DNA from: Octopus sinensis
Taxonomy: Eukaryota
Direction: 5' to 3'
Length of the DNA: 64,000 nucleotides
Assembly: GCF_006345805.1 (NCBI RefSeq)
Contig: NC_043018.1
Coordinates: 14,198,001-14,262,000, forward strand
Part shown: piece after piece, positions 14,855 to 26,821 of the stretch
Numbering within the stretch: position 1 is the stretch's first letter
Layout: each line of letters starts with the position of its first letter
Notes under the pieces: model-generated
Databases searched by the model: none
The model's input: the letters and a program-made list of their open reading frames with translations, nothing else
What the model was told of the DNA's origin: nothing
Translations under genes and position numbers: made by a program

Positions 14855-15015
14855 ATATAAAGTTAAATCCAAACAAGAAAATACAAATAAAACAACAACG
14901 CGAGGATGTGGAACAAATATAGTATTATTGGACGCTCAGGAAAGAAGGGAAGAAGGAGGGTTTAACGTTTCGAGCGGAGCTCTTCGTTGGAAACATAGGA
15001 GAAGGAAAGATCCAT
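14855..15015 (-). mobile_element. Probable Penelope-like terminal-repeat relic with degenerate hammerhead
   Basis: Minus strand ccaacga-a-gagc(tcc)gctc-GAAA-cgt-TA. The CUGANGA core is mutated. Lies between (TA)n tracts. Confidence 0.4.
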
Positions 15016-15308
15016 ATATATATATGTATGTAAGACACAGCAACATTGAACTGGCGATTACTGCCGCAGATGATGAAAGAGAACAATTCCTGTCGTTCCA
15101 CACAACATATACTTGGTGGACCGCCTTCGCCTTTTCTCTTTTCGTTGCTGTGTGATTTCTGTTGTTTTTTTTCTTGCTTTCTTACATTTCCTGCCGCATT
15201 TTTCAGGGTCAAGATGATACTTATGTCTGCTCACGACTACAGAACTACCTAAAACTATTAGCATAGACATGATACACGCTTAGCTAGTTGTAATTCGCTT
15301 GCGAGTGA

Positions 15309-15690
15309 GGAGGCGCAATGGCCCAGTGGTTAGGGCAGCGGACTCGCGGTCGTAGGATCGCGGTTTCGATTCCCAGACCGGGCGTTGTGAGTGTTTATTG
15401 AGAGAAAACACCTGAAGCTCCACGAGGCTCCGGCAGGGGATGGTGGTGATCCCTGCTGTACTCTTCCACCACAACTTTCTCTCACTCTTACTTCCTGTTT
15501 CTGTTGTACCTGTATTTCAAAGGGCCGGCCTTGTCACTCTCTGTGTCACGCTGAATATCCCCGAGAACTACGTTAAGGGTACACGTGTCTGTGGAGTGCT
15601 CAGCCACTTACACGTTAATTTCACGAGCAGGCTGTTCCGTTGATCGGATCAACCGGAACCCTCGTCGTCGTAACCGACGGAGTGCTTCCC
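15309..15690 (+). mobile_element. tRNA-derived SINE, family 3, with TSD
   Basis: A-box tggcccagtggtta, B-box ggtttcgattccc. 16-bp TSD attcgcttgcgagtga at 15293-15308 and 15691-15706. Confidence 0.9.
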
Positions 15691-15784
15691 ATTCGCTTGC
15701 GAGTGACGGCTGTATTTCCTCCTTTCCGTTTTATGCTAGTTTTCCTTTTTATTCCATCCGAATATATTTTATTCGATTTTCATT

Positions 15785-15884
15785 NNNNNNNNNNNNNNNN
15801 NNNNNNNNNNNNNNNNNNNNNNNNNNNNNNNNNNNNNNNNNNNNNNNNNNNNNNNNNNNNNNNNNNNNNNNNNNNNNNNNNNNN
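15785..15884. other. Assembly gap (100 N)
   Basis: Run of N. Confidence 1.
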
Positions 15885-17325
15885 TGATAGCTAAGTCAAA
15901 GTCGTTACCATGCTTGTTCAAAACAGTTAATGAGCCTTTGAAGGGCTTCTTCTGGTGTGATACCAGAGCGGCATCATCAGCAAATAGCATCTCCTTGATC
16001 AGGACGTTTCTGATTTTGTCTTGGCACGCAGGCGCGAGAGATTGAACTGTTTCCCGTCACTTCTACAGTGCAGAAACACTCCATCATCTGATGTCTGAAA
16101 GGCATGGGAGAGCAAGAGCGAGAAGAAAATGCCAAATAAGTAGGAGCGAGGACACAAACCTGCTTTACCCCCCTTTTTTTTTATTTGGAAGGCGGCTGGT
16201 GTTGAACCATTGTGCTGTATAGTGCCTTGCATATCATCATGGAAAGACTTGATGATCTCAGCAGCTTTGGTGGACATCCGAATTTTGGAGTAGGATGAAG
16301 AGGCCTTTTCTACTTACCGAGTCAAAGCCTTTGTTAGATTAATGAAGGTCACATATAGTGGCATTTTCTGCTCTCTGGACTTCTCCTGAAGTTGGCGTAT
16401 GAGAATATCATATCAATAGTTCATCTGCTTCTTCTAAAGCCCACACTGCGATTCCGGATAGATTCGAGAAGCAAGTAGTTGTAGCCTGGCCAGGATAACG
16501 CGAGCAAAGGTCTTTCCAACAGTGCTAGAAGAGATATTCCACGGTAATTGTTACAATCACCACGGTCACCTTTGTTTTTGTAGAGCGTAATGATGTTAGC
16601 ATCCCGCATATCCTGAGGGACTGTATCCTCTTCCCAGCACAGACACAGTAGTAGATCATGAACGTGCCGAAGCAGGATGGTGTTTTGCCGGCTTTGATGA
16701 TCTCTGAGGGGATGCCATCTTTTCCCGAGCCTTGTTACTTGCTAGGGAGTCAATAGCCTTGGTGAGCTCTGCTATAGATGACGGACTGTCAAGTTCGCAC
16801 ATGACTGGCAAGATCTTGACACTCTCGATTGCAGCCTCAGCTACTGTAGTCTCCCGTGAGTAGAGATCCTGGTAGTGCTCCACCCATCTATCCATTTGAT
16901 TGCTTTGATCCCTGATGAGATCTCCAGTAGTTGATTTCAGAGGGGCCGACTTGGTTGCGGATGGACCGAGGGCATTCTTCAAACCGGCATACACCCACGG
17001 GTGTCGCCCCTGTCAGCAGCTGACTGGATACTCTGACAGATTTCCTGCCAATACCTTTTGCACAGCGTCTGGCTGTCAGTTGGTTTTATTTCTTGCCTTT
17101 CTGAGTTCTTCGAGTGACTTTGTAGAAGAATCACTCTTGTATTGCATCAGAGCTGCACGCTTTTCTTCGATAACTGGCTCCAGCTCTCAGAGCCCAGCAT
17201 TGAACCAATCTGGGTTTTGCCTTTCTCTCATGCCGAAAGTATCTATTGATGTGGTATACAAAGCTTCCCCGATATAATTCCACCTACCTTCAGCAGAGGA
17301 GGTTGGGCAGCTACTGAGGCAACCT
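15885..17325 (-). mobile_element. RTE LINE fragment (duplicate of about 48918-50355)
   Basis: ORFs with MRDANIITLYKNK...YRGISLL and MLFADDAALV. Confidence 0.9.
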
Positions 17326-20300
17326 TTTACATACTATGCAATGTGTGTTCTTCTGCCCTAATGCTGTGTTTGCATCCAATAAGCCCTCTTCCCCCCTCTT
17401 TCTTTTTCTTGATACATGCAGTCTGTCTGTGTCGCTCTTTGGGTGGAGTATACCATATCTAGTCATCAACTTCCTTATCTCTCTCTGTCTATGCTGTTTT
17501 AGTTCGTCTCTCCATGCGATTACCTCTGCTCCACATCTCAGGAATGAAACCGCCCCCCGTTGTTTGATAGATTCAATCTTTTCCGTCCGTTAATTTCGAC
17601 TTAAGGATCAGTCTCAGTCTGCACAAGTACTCCACCTTATGTTTTTCTGTCATTTCTTTCTCCATCAATTTATCCATTTCCAATGTCCCCAAGTACGTAT
17701 AGTCCGTCTTTTCTATCTGTTTCATAACGTCCCTCAACGGTATCGCTAGCACGTCCATACATTTGATTTTGCCTCTCTTCAAGACTAACACACCATACTT
17801 CTCAGACCAAACTCCATTCTGATATCAGCACTGAAACTATACATCGTATCAACGACGGAACTGACTTGGGATTCATTTTTACCATAAAGTTTGAGGTCAT
17901 CCATGAATAACAAGTGGTTGAGATTTTGTTGGCGGCTTTTGAATACATACCCAGCCTTCGCTTTCCTCAGAATCAGTATTAGTGGTATCATGCACAGTAC
18001 AAAGATCAGTGGGACAGGCAGTCCCCTTGGAAGATGCCTCTCCTGATTTCTATTGTCCTTAAACTTCTTCCATAGGCTGTCAGTGCCGTTGACGTAAGGC
18101 CCCGAACCCTTCAAAGGGATGTTTAGCATTTAAGTTAGCGAAAAAAAGCATAATTTGTGATTCTAAAAGGATTATATCTTCCTCAAGTTACGAGGGAAAA
18201 CATCGGATCTGTGAATTTTCCAAATTTCTCTTTTCCACCCTCACAAATTTCTTTATAATCGTAATCTATACCGTTTGAAAGGTATAAAATTCATTCAAAA
18301 ACCCCACTTTCTAAAACGTTATGAGGGAAAAACATCGGATTTTGGGGATTTTCCGGAGGCCTCTGCCACCAACGTTGCTTTTCCGGGCATTTGGGATTCA
18401 TATTCGTTTCCTAAGCCTTTTTTTTTACATAAGTTGCACGCACGATTTTGTTTCGATTTAATTTCCGGGTAAAAATGTCAACATTAACCAACCATTTTTT
18501 TCTCCCTCCATTTTTTTCACTTCCTTCCCAACATATTTTAAAAATATAAACTCAATATGACTGAAGTTTAAATAATGTGCATTTTTAGGATCTTCACCGA
18601 ATATCATCGGCTTGTGTACCACATTGAGACTTTTGCGAATATTTGAAAATTTGTTCGTTGAAACGTGTTTTTCCGAATTTTACTTTCTAACTTTAAACTC
18701 TACTAAACATTTTGTATATTTATTGGTACAATTGATGAGCAAAAATTGTGAAAACAGTTTGATATTTCGATAATCTAATACGAAATTTGAAAACGACCAC
18801 AAGTTTTCAGATGCATGTGCCTTTTCAAAACCCGAAATGAAATCTTCCTATATATTTTCCTGCGTGGAATTACATTTCTTTCTGTTATACCTATACATAC
18901 ATATGTATGGTGGAGGAAATATCTTCATTTACATAGAAGTTGAAAAATGAAATTACAGATAAAAAAAAAGAGAAATGAACAGGCAATACAGCGAGGAAAT
19001 TATTAGAAATAACCGTTAACATATATGGATGTATTAACGTCCTCGGACAGCTGCGTGGTGCGAGTACACTCGATCATACAAGCATCCGCGGAAATGTGAG
19101 CATACGTACACGTGAGGTTTGGTGCGCTCATGATTACAAAGCGAGTTAACTATCTACTTTGTGTTTGTAGAATGGAGATGTTAAAAGTAAACTTAAGTCA
19201 TCTATACCTTAAAATAATTCTGTTAGCAGTTACTCAAAGTTCATTCCCCCTGCATTCTGCGAAATACATCATATGCGTCTAGGCCCATCTCGAGAGAGTA
19301 TTTCAGAAAGTCTGTTAATTGTCTTGTCATAGTCCACAAATTAGACAGAGATTTGTAGGAGCAGAGACGGCATCTTCTGGAAATTATATTGTATGGTTTC
19401 GCGTACCTTACTATGGACCAGCATATGCTGTACTTCATTTTATCCTCCTTCAGTCGCCATACAAAATCAGCCAAATATATAGGATGTCTTATTGATTGTC
19501 TTAAAGATGGCAACAAGATTACGATAAATGAAGCAGCCGTCTGCTCAATGTAAACATGCGGCCATCTCCTTGTAAGCATGGTACATTTATATACAAGATT
19601 TTACTCATACAAAGTTTCATCAATGGACATTTTGATTTTTCTCTGCATGAGCATTTATCGCATTTTTAATTGTATATAAGGCAGTCCCGACTCCATTTAT
19701 CGACGTTGTTACCGTGTAGCTCTATCATAAGTGTTTCTACCATTGACTATAACTGGTGTGGTTTTCATTGCGGTTTAGATCTCCTTTGTTAGAATTCAGA
19801 TGCGTATGCTCGCTAGATCCAGTAGTTGGGTTATTGAACATTCGTCGCATTTTGCTGTTCATACGATGCATAATATACTCAAAATTAGCAGAGTTACCGT
19901 AGGAGACCTTCACGGTAAGCCTATTAAAAATAGCATGATACCGATTAGATTTAGGAAAACCTTTGTCCAAAGCAGCAAAAGTTTTCCAGCGATCTTGGTT
20001 GAAACATGCAAACAGAAGACATCTTGATTCCTATATCTGTTGTTTTGCTTTTATGATCGAGTGTGTTGTAAAGGATTGGAAGAAACAGTTGGATTTTAGT
20101 CGCGTGTGTCTATGAGTTTTCGTTGATAGTTCATTGTATATACATGTTGTGGCGGACACCTCCAAGTGAGAAGTGGGCTGTTCCACTACTGATAAATGGT
20201 GGACAGACACAGCAAGCAGTGTCAGTCGGCGAGGTACGCCGTACGGGCCAGTCACGCAGGCGGCGGAATACGTTGTCATAATGTAGGACATATCAGTGGC

Positions 20301-20698
20301 GACGAGAATATCTCCCGCTGTATAACGGTGTTGTAATAACAGTGGTAACAAGGTTACGAACGCTCGTAAGAATGTCGGAAAGGAACTGAACTACACACAG
20401 TGAAAAATATATAAATTCTATTGAAAATAGATTCTGAAGCAACACTGTTCGATAAAATGGGACTCTAACACAGAACTGAACATCACAGTGTGCAAAAATT
20501 AATATAAATCCTTTTGTAGGATTTTGTTCAGGTCGCTATGAGTTAGTAACGCTACCTGAAACAATGTAGGCTAGTACTACCTTCGACATTCTGAAGAGAA
20601 AAATGATTCTGTGTGGAAAAAATAATAACAATAACAATAATAATAATAATAATAATAATAATCCTAATAAAATAATAATAATAATAATAATAATAATG

Positions 20699-20740
<42 letters not shown>

Positions 20741-20774
20741 TAATAATAATAATAATAATAATATAAAACATTTA

Positions 20775-21932
20775 ATAGGTATTAACACTTTAGCCGTCCC
20801 AGTTATAATTTACAGCTACAATATCCTTAACTGACACTAATGAACTGACCAAAATGAATAGGAAAACAAGAAAAATAATGACAGGATCTCGGATGCATCA
20901 TCCAAAATAGACATAGAAAGGCTATATATACAATATATACAACGTATAGAAGGTGGTAGAGGCCTTATACAGCTGGAAAACTACTATAAAATAACCACCA
21001 TAGGACTGCAAAAATATCTACTTCAGAAAGAAGTAAAGCTGATACAAATAGCGGCAAAACACGAGCAAAACAAAAAACTGTTCTCAGTATTTCAGGTAGC
21101 TTACAAGTACAAAAAAAATTATACCACCTAACGAAGAAGAAGAAGAAGAAGAAGAAGAAGAAGAAGAAGAAACAACAAAACTATAAAACAAATGAAATCC
21201 AAACTAAAAATAGGACAGCAACGAACCATGACAAAACGATGGCAAGAAAAACCCCTTCATTGTAAATACTGGACTAAACTAAACGCAAAAGAAATAGACA
21301 AAGAAATATCCCAGCAATGGTTGAGAAGCTCAGAACTCAAAGCAGAGACAGGGATTTTTAATATCAGCACAAGACCAAAGCCTCCCCACCAGAAAAGACA
21401 TATAACAAGTAACTGCAGAATATGTGGAGATGGACAAGAAACAATAAATCATATTATATCTGGCTGCCCAGTCCTGGCTAAGAAGGAATATATTCACAGA
21501 CACGACAGAGTTGGGACCTACATACACTGGAAGCTATGCCAACATTATGGAATAACAACAGAAAAAAGATGGTATAGGCACACACCAGAAAGGTCAGAGA
21601 AAACGAGAAAGCAACCATACTCTGGGATATGCCAATACACACAGATAGAGAAATTAAGGCCAACAGACTAGATATAGTTGTCAGAGATCATGAAGAAAAA
21701 GAAAATGCTTTCTAATTGATGTATCAATACGAGGAGGCGACAACGTGTCTCTAAAAGAAATGGAAAAACTTTCAAAATACAAAGACCTGGAAATATAGGT
21801 AACCAGAATGTGGAATCTAAAAACAGAAACAATTCCTATCATAGTAGGTGCATTAGGCATGATAAAAAATATTCAGGCAAATGCATAACAAATACACCAG
21901 GACTTAGAAACACATATAATATACAGAAAATT
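20775..21932 (+). mobile_element. R4/Dong-like C-terminal fragment (mirror 41610-43010, -)
   Basis: WQEKPLHGKY...CRICG...HIISGC...RHDRV...RPDIVV. Starts in a (TAA)n tract. Confidence 0.85.
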
Positions 21933-22185
21933 CCTAACTACTCCCACATTTTGCGGTGCAGTTTAACCAAAAGCGGGTATCTTATAGTCGTGATTCATAT
22001 CGAGCCCTTCTGGGTATTAGCGCGCGTCTACGATGAGTCTACGATCTAAAAAGAAAATTTACCATAATTTTTTTCCCATTTTTAGTGCATTGTTTTGCTA
22101 TTATATAAGGGAAGTGACTCTCTAAACATGCTTATATAGTTATTTCCCTTACAAACCCGAGCAACGCCGGGGGATACTGATAGTC
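21931..22185 (+). mobile_element. Helitron-like non-autonomous fragment
   Basis: 3' hairpin cccgagcaacgccggg followed by a degenerate CTAG end. Confidence 0.5.
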
Positions 22186-22496
22186 TTAATTAAAATTTTC
22201 CATCAAAGTTTTATGCTAGTTCATGTTGCAGATATCAGTTGAGAGTTCATGATGGTCCTTGGTCACTGAAAACATTCCAAGACAGTTATTTCACTAAATT
22301 ATTAATCATTTTCAAAATTAAACGAAATAAAAACCATGTTTTTCTACAGAAATCTCGTGACAAAAGGGTTAACCTTTTCATGTCATATGTTCTCAATAAA
22401 TCAGTTTACAAGATGATATAAATTTTATGAAGTAAATCCTTCGAAATCATTCAGTGGTCCCTTATCATTTTTTTTCCTTTGCTTCTATGAATAAAA

Positions 22497-22781
22497 CAAG
22501 GGTTCTCATCACTTTTTATCTATGAACCCCTTTCATTCCTATTTTACTTGGGCGGGTGGGGGGTCTCCGTAGCCGTTCCACGTTTTAAAAATCTTACTGT
22601 AATTTTATAATTAAATATTATTAGGACTCGTGTAAAAATTATTAAAATATTTTTTGTATTCTGGACGTATAACCAATTCATTGCACAAAAGCCTTACTGG
22701 TCTCAAGCATTTTTTCATGGCCCATGAAAATTTACCGTAGACCCCCAAAAATCTTATTTGAACCCCGTTTGAGAAACCCTG
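22497..22781. mobile_element. hAT-like MITE
   Basis: Termini caagggttctc... and ...gagaaaccctg. 8-bp flanks gaataaaa/gaataaac resemble a TSD. Confidence 0.6.
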
Positions 22782-22926
22782 GAATAAACCTTAGATTTTG
22801 AACGGTTCGTATTGTACTTGTTTCTTTTGAAACAAGACTCCGGGATGCTGTGGCTTCGAAGTTCCAATCGACCAGATTTCAATATATATATATATATATA
22901 TATATCACCATCATCATCATCATCAC

Positions 22927-23207
22927 GTGACCGTCCAGTCCGTCAGATGTAGTTACACATCGCTGGTCACAATGCGTTCGCATTGTTTTAGCCTTCGAAT
23001 GACGCGACCCCGCTGGCTAAGCGAGCAGGCCAACAGAAGAAAGAGTGGTGAAAGAGTACAGCAGGGATCACCCCCCCTCCCGGAGCATCGTGCAGCTTTT
23101 AGGTGTTTTCGCTCAATAAGCACTCACAACGCCCGGTCTGGGAATCGAAACCGCGATCCTACGACCGCGAGTACGCTGCCCTAACCAGTAGGCCATTGCG
23201 CCTCCAC
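22927..23207 (-). mobile_element. Family 3 SINE head with a different tail
   Basis: Head matches family 3. The 3' half is unrelated to the other two copies. Confidence 0.75.
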
Positions 23208-23252
<45 letters not shown>

Positions 23253-23274
23253 CATATATATATGTATATATATA

Positions 23275-23316
<42 letters not shown>

Positions 23317-23349
23317 TATGTATATATATATATGTATAAAATATATATG

Positions 23350-23387
<38 letters not shown>

Positions 23388-23397
<10 letters not shown>

Positions 23398-23728
23398 TAT
23401 TAGAGACAAAACCACTATTTTGCAAAACAAACAAGGAAAGACTTAATCAATACATAAAATTTTAATAAATAGTCAAAAAAACCGCCACTACAATCGTTTC
23501 TTGTCTTGATCGACAATCTTCAGGTGGACTTCAATAAGTCAGTTTCAAATTATGAAGACTTCATAATTTGAAACTGACTTATTGGAGTCCACCTGAAGAT
23601 TGTCGATCAAGACAAGAAACGATTGTAGTGGCGGTTTTTTTGACTATTTATTAAAATTTTATGTATTGATTAAGTCTTTCCTTGTTTGTTTTGCAAAATA
23701 GTGGTTTTGTCTCTAATAATATTTTATA
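23388..23728. repeat. 341-bp fold-back palindrome (centre 23558) carrying a hammerhead in each arm
   Basis: 170-bp arms with a 1-nt loop (ttatgaag-a-cttcataa). One mismatch seen. Flanked by (TA)n. Confidence 0.95.
23589..23631 (+). ncRNA. Minimal type I hammerhead ribozyme (mirror 23485-23527, -)
   Basis: ccac-CTGAAGA-ttgtc(gatcaa)gacaa-GAAA-c gatt g-TA-gtgg. Intact core, stems I and II, GUA cleavage triplet. Confidence 0.75.
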
Positions 23729-24087
23729 ATATTTTACTATAAAATTGGATTTAATCCTAAATCTGATTTTTTCCCTGTAAATTTGGATTTATTCCCTAAT
23801 ATTATTATTATATATATATAATTATATATATATAATATATATATATATATATAATATATATATATATATGAGAATATGAAAGCTATGGGCAAAGAATTGT
23901 TGCAACAGTTCTCTTGATAACATCACCTATATGACCATCACCAACGTGTCTGAATTTTGCACAAGGGAATTTCACCGAACTCTTTATATAAATACCGTTC
24001 AAATCTAACACATTATTCATTGTGGCTGTATGTAAATTAGTAACAACAATATACAGAATATGTTATGGTAATGATGTTGTTTGTATA

Positions 24088-24263
24088 GGCGCAGGAGTGG
24101 CTGCGTGGTAAGTTGCTTGCTTACTAACCACATGGTTCCGGGTTCATCCCCACTGCATGGCACCTTAGCCTCGGGTCGACCAAGGCCTTGTGAGTAGATT
24201 TAGTAGACGCAAACTGAAAGAAGCCCGTCGAATATATGTATATATGTAGGTATATATATATGT

Positions 24264-24340
<77 letters not shown>

Positions 24341-24545
24341 GTGTCTGTGTGTCTGTGTGTGTTTGTGCCCCCGTCCCACAGCATCGCTTGGCAACCGATG
24401 GTGGTGTGTTTACGTCCCCGAAACTTAGTGGCCGATAGAATAAATAGTAGGCTTCCAATAATAAGCCCTGGGGTCGATTTGCTCGACTCAAGGCGGTACT
24501 CCAGCATGGCCGCAGTCAAATGACTGAAACAAGTAAATGAGCAAA
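24088..24545 (+). mobile_element. tRNA-derived SINE, family 1
   Basis: Same head, internal (TA)/(GT)n and tail. Confidence 0.85.
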
Positions 24546-25240
24546 TAAGTAGATGAGATGTCGAACGAGTCTGTATAAGCTTCATTTGTTTGTTGCCAGT
24601 GCGCATGCGTATAGCCGAAGAACCTCAAAAAGAGAGAATACCCTTAAGGATGTACAAATTCTCGTTTTACATCCCATCCATTTTATTTGCAGAATATGCA
24701 TTATTTTAGTCTTTACTCTTTGGATGCACTCCAGCTTTTCTAGTTTTGGTTTTTTGGCTAATGCATATCAGTTGCTAAGAAACAATTGAAAATATTACTG
24801 TTGGATATTACAGCGTTATATTTGTAGTAAGTTCTCCAAAAATGTTGTCCTTTTCCCACTTTATCAAGAAACAATAATGAAAATACTTCTGAAATTTTAT
24901 TCCTACCTCAATTATATATTTGCATTAGAACTTATAACTATTTTTGCAATTAGTTTTTAATGTCTTCGATAATGTGTCTGCTAGAGCAGGAATAACATGT
25001 ATTTAAGCAACAATTTGGAAGCAGCGATTTTCTGGGATCAGTATACGTCGGCGTGTAAAAAACAGCTTATAGACATTGTCGTTTTTTTATTCAAAAGATT
25101 CATGTCCCCACTGAAGAACATTGACGTAACGGAGGACATAAATTTGATATTGCTTAAACTTACAATTTTTTTATTAATATTTCTCACAGCTGTTCTAGGT
25201 ACATGAACTACACAAACTAACATCGCATAAATCGTGCTAT

Positions 25241-25335
<95 letters not shown>

Positions 25336-25894
25336 CATACATACATAAAATGGATAATTCCTATTTGCAAAACTATCAACAATAGATATTCCCTAAGAGT
25401 ACTCTAGAATGAAGGTTAATTGCCAACAAAACACAGCAGTCGAATGTTAATCTTATTCAGCTCCAGAAGACGATGTTTCCTGGGGCTAAACAATAGTAAC
25501 ATTCAGCTGTCACTTTATGTTGGCAAACAACCTTTACTATATGTATATTTATAATAGGTGTGGGTGGTATACGAGTGGGTATATATTTATAAAAAAGATG
25601 TTTGAAATCGCCACTATATAAGATAAATTTTAATTTTCTAAGAAATTTTTCATGTTTCGGTTTTTCTTGAAAAAACGAACCTTATCAAAAATATTTTTGA
25701 TATAACTTTTTATTTTGATATAACTTTTTAAAAGTTAAGTGTAATAAAAAAAGTTTATAATTGTTTTTTACGAGTCTCAACAGAGTCCACGTGATGGGTT
25801 TTTTGTGAGGTAGATCATAATAGCTGTCTTGTGTGTTGACTAGATTCGTTAGCTGCAGTTGGGGAAATGACTAGTGGCCGAAATAACAGAAATG

Positions 25895-25952
<58 letters not shown>

Positions 25953-26821
25953 TATATAACAGCTGCATCTTCGTTACACGAGTAAAGCCATGGGCAAGAA
26001 GACTTACTGAAATGATTCATTATTGTTGCCATGTGATGCCCTTATATGAGTTTTAAGCCTAGCCAAGCTTTTACACATTTAATTACTTACTGGACAACTG
26101 TGCTTACTGGCAGGAGAAACAGGTGCCACCATATGCACTCTCTTAGCATGTCTTTTTAGGCCTCCAACTGAGAGGCACACCCTTCCACATTTTACGCAGG
26201 TTCTGTTGTGAATTTTAATAGCCACACCAAGTTTTTCAAATTTTCCCTTGAGAATTCTTCGATTGTGTTTGGAGGATGTGCCTCATTGTAGTCTGTAAAT
26301 TTTGGATGAAATCCGGCATTTCTACTTTTTGCTGTTTGGTTAATACAAATCGGTTGTTAAGAAGCGAATAAAAACCTTTAGGCTAGAGATTAGTGCTATA
26401 TATTTCAATGACTGAAACAAGCAGAAAATCAGTTAAAAGAAATATAATATTATAGGGATAACAAAAGCAAGAATGAAATGAAAATCTTTGATTTGCGCTT
26501 ACAAATCGCCAAGTACATATTTTACACTCCTTTAAGTTACAATTATGTGCTACATCTTAAATATTTCAAACAAAACTTCCTGCAAAATCAAAATATTCAC
26601 TACCTTCAATATCGAATGAAGCTTCATAACCTTCGGATGAATTTTATGATCGCAATGAACATCTTAATGTTTGCTATCAATTGTTTGAAGCGTCTTTTAA
26701 TTTGTCACTCATGAGATTACAGTCATGCTAGACCATTGCTTCAAAGAATTTTAGTCAAACGAATCGACTCCAGCATTTATTATTATTAGTTTTACTATTA
26801 TTATTATTATTATTATTATTG

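Larger units (their letters stand above)
15885..21932 (-). repeat. Inverted copy of 41610-50355 with two internal deletions
   Basis: Same ordered mosaic of RTE, Dong-like, Penelope-like and Dong-like pieces in reverse complement. Lacks about 44820-45310 and about 46898-48917. Confidence 0.9.

Noticed and set aside
15309-15400. tRNA genes at SINE heads
   Set aside because: A and B boxes are present but continue into SINE bodies with TSDs, and there is no full cloverleaf.
24860-24960. MKILLKFYSYLNY... as a relic signal exon
   Set aside because: No similarity to exon 1, no donor and an early stop. This is expected by chance in AT-rich DNA.
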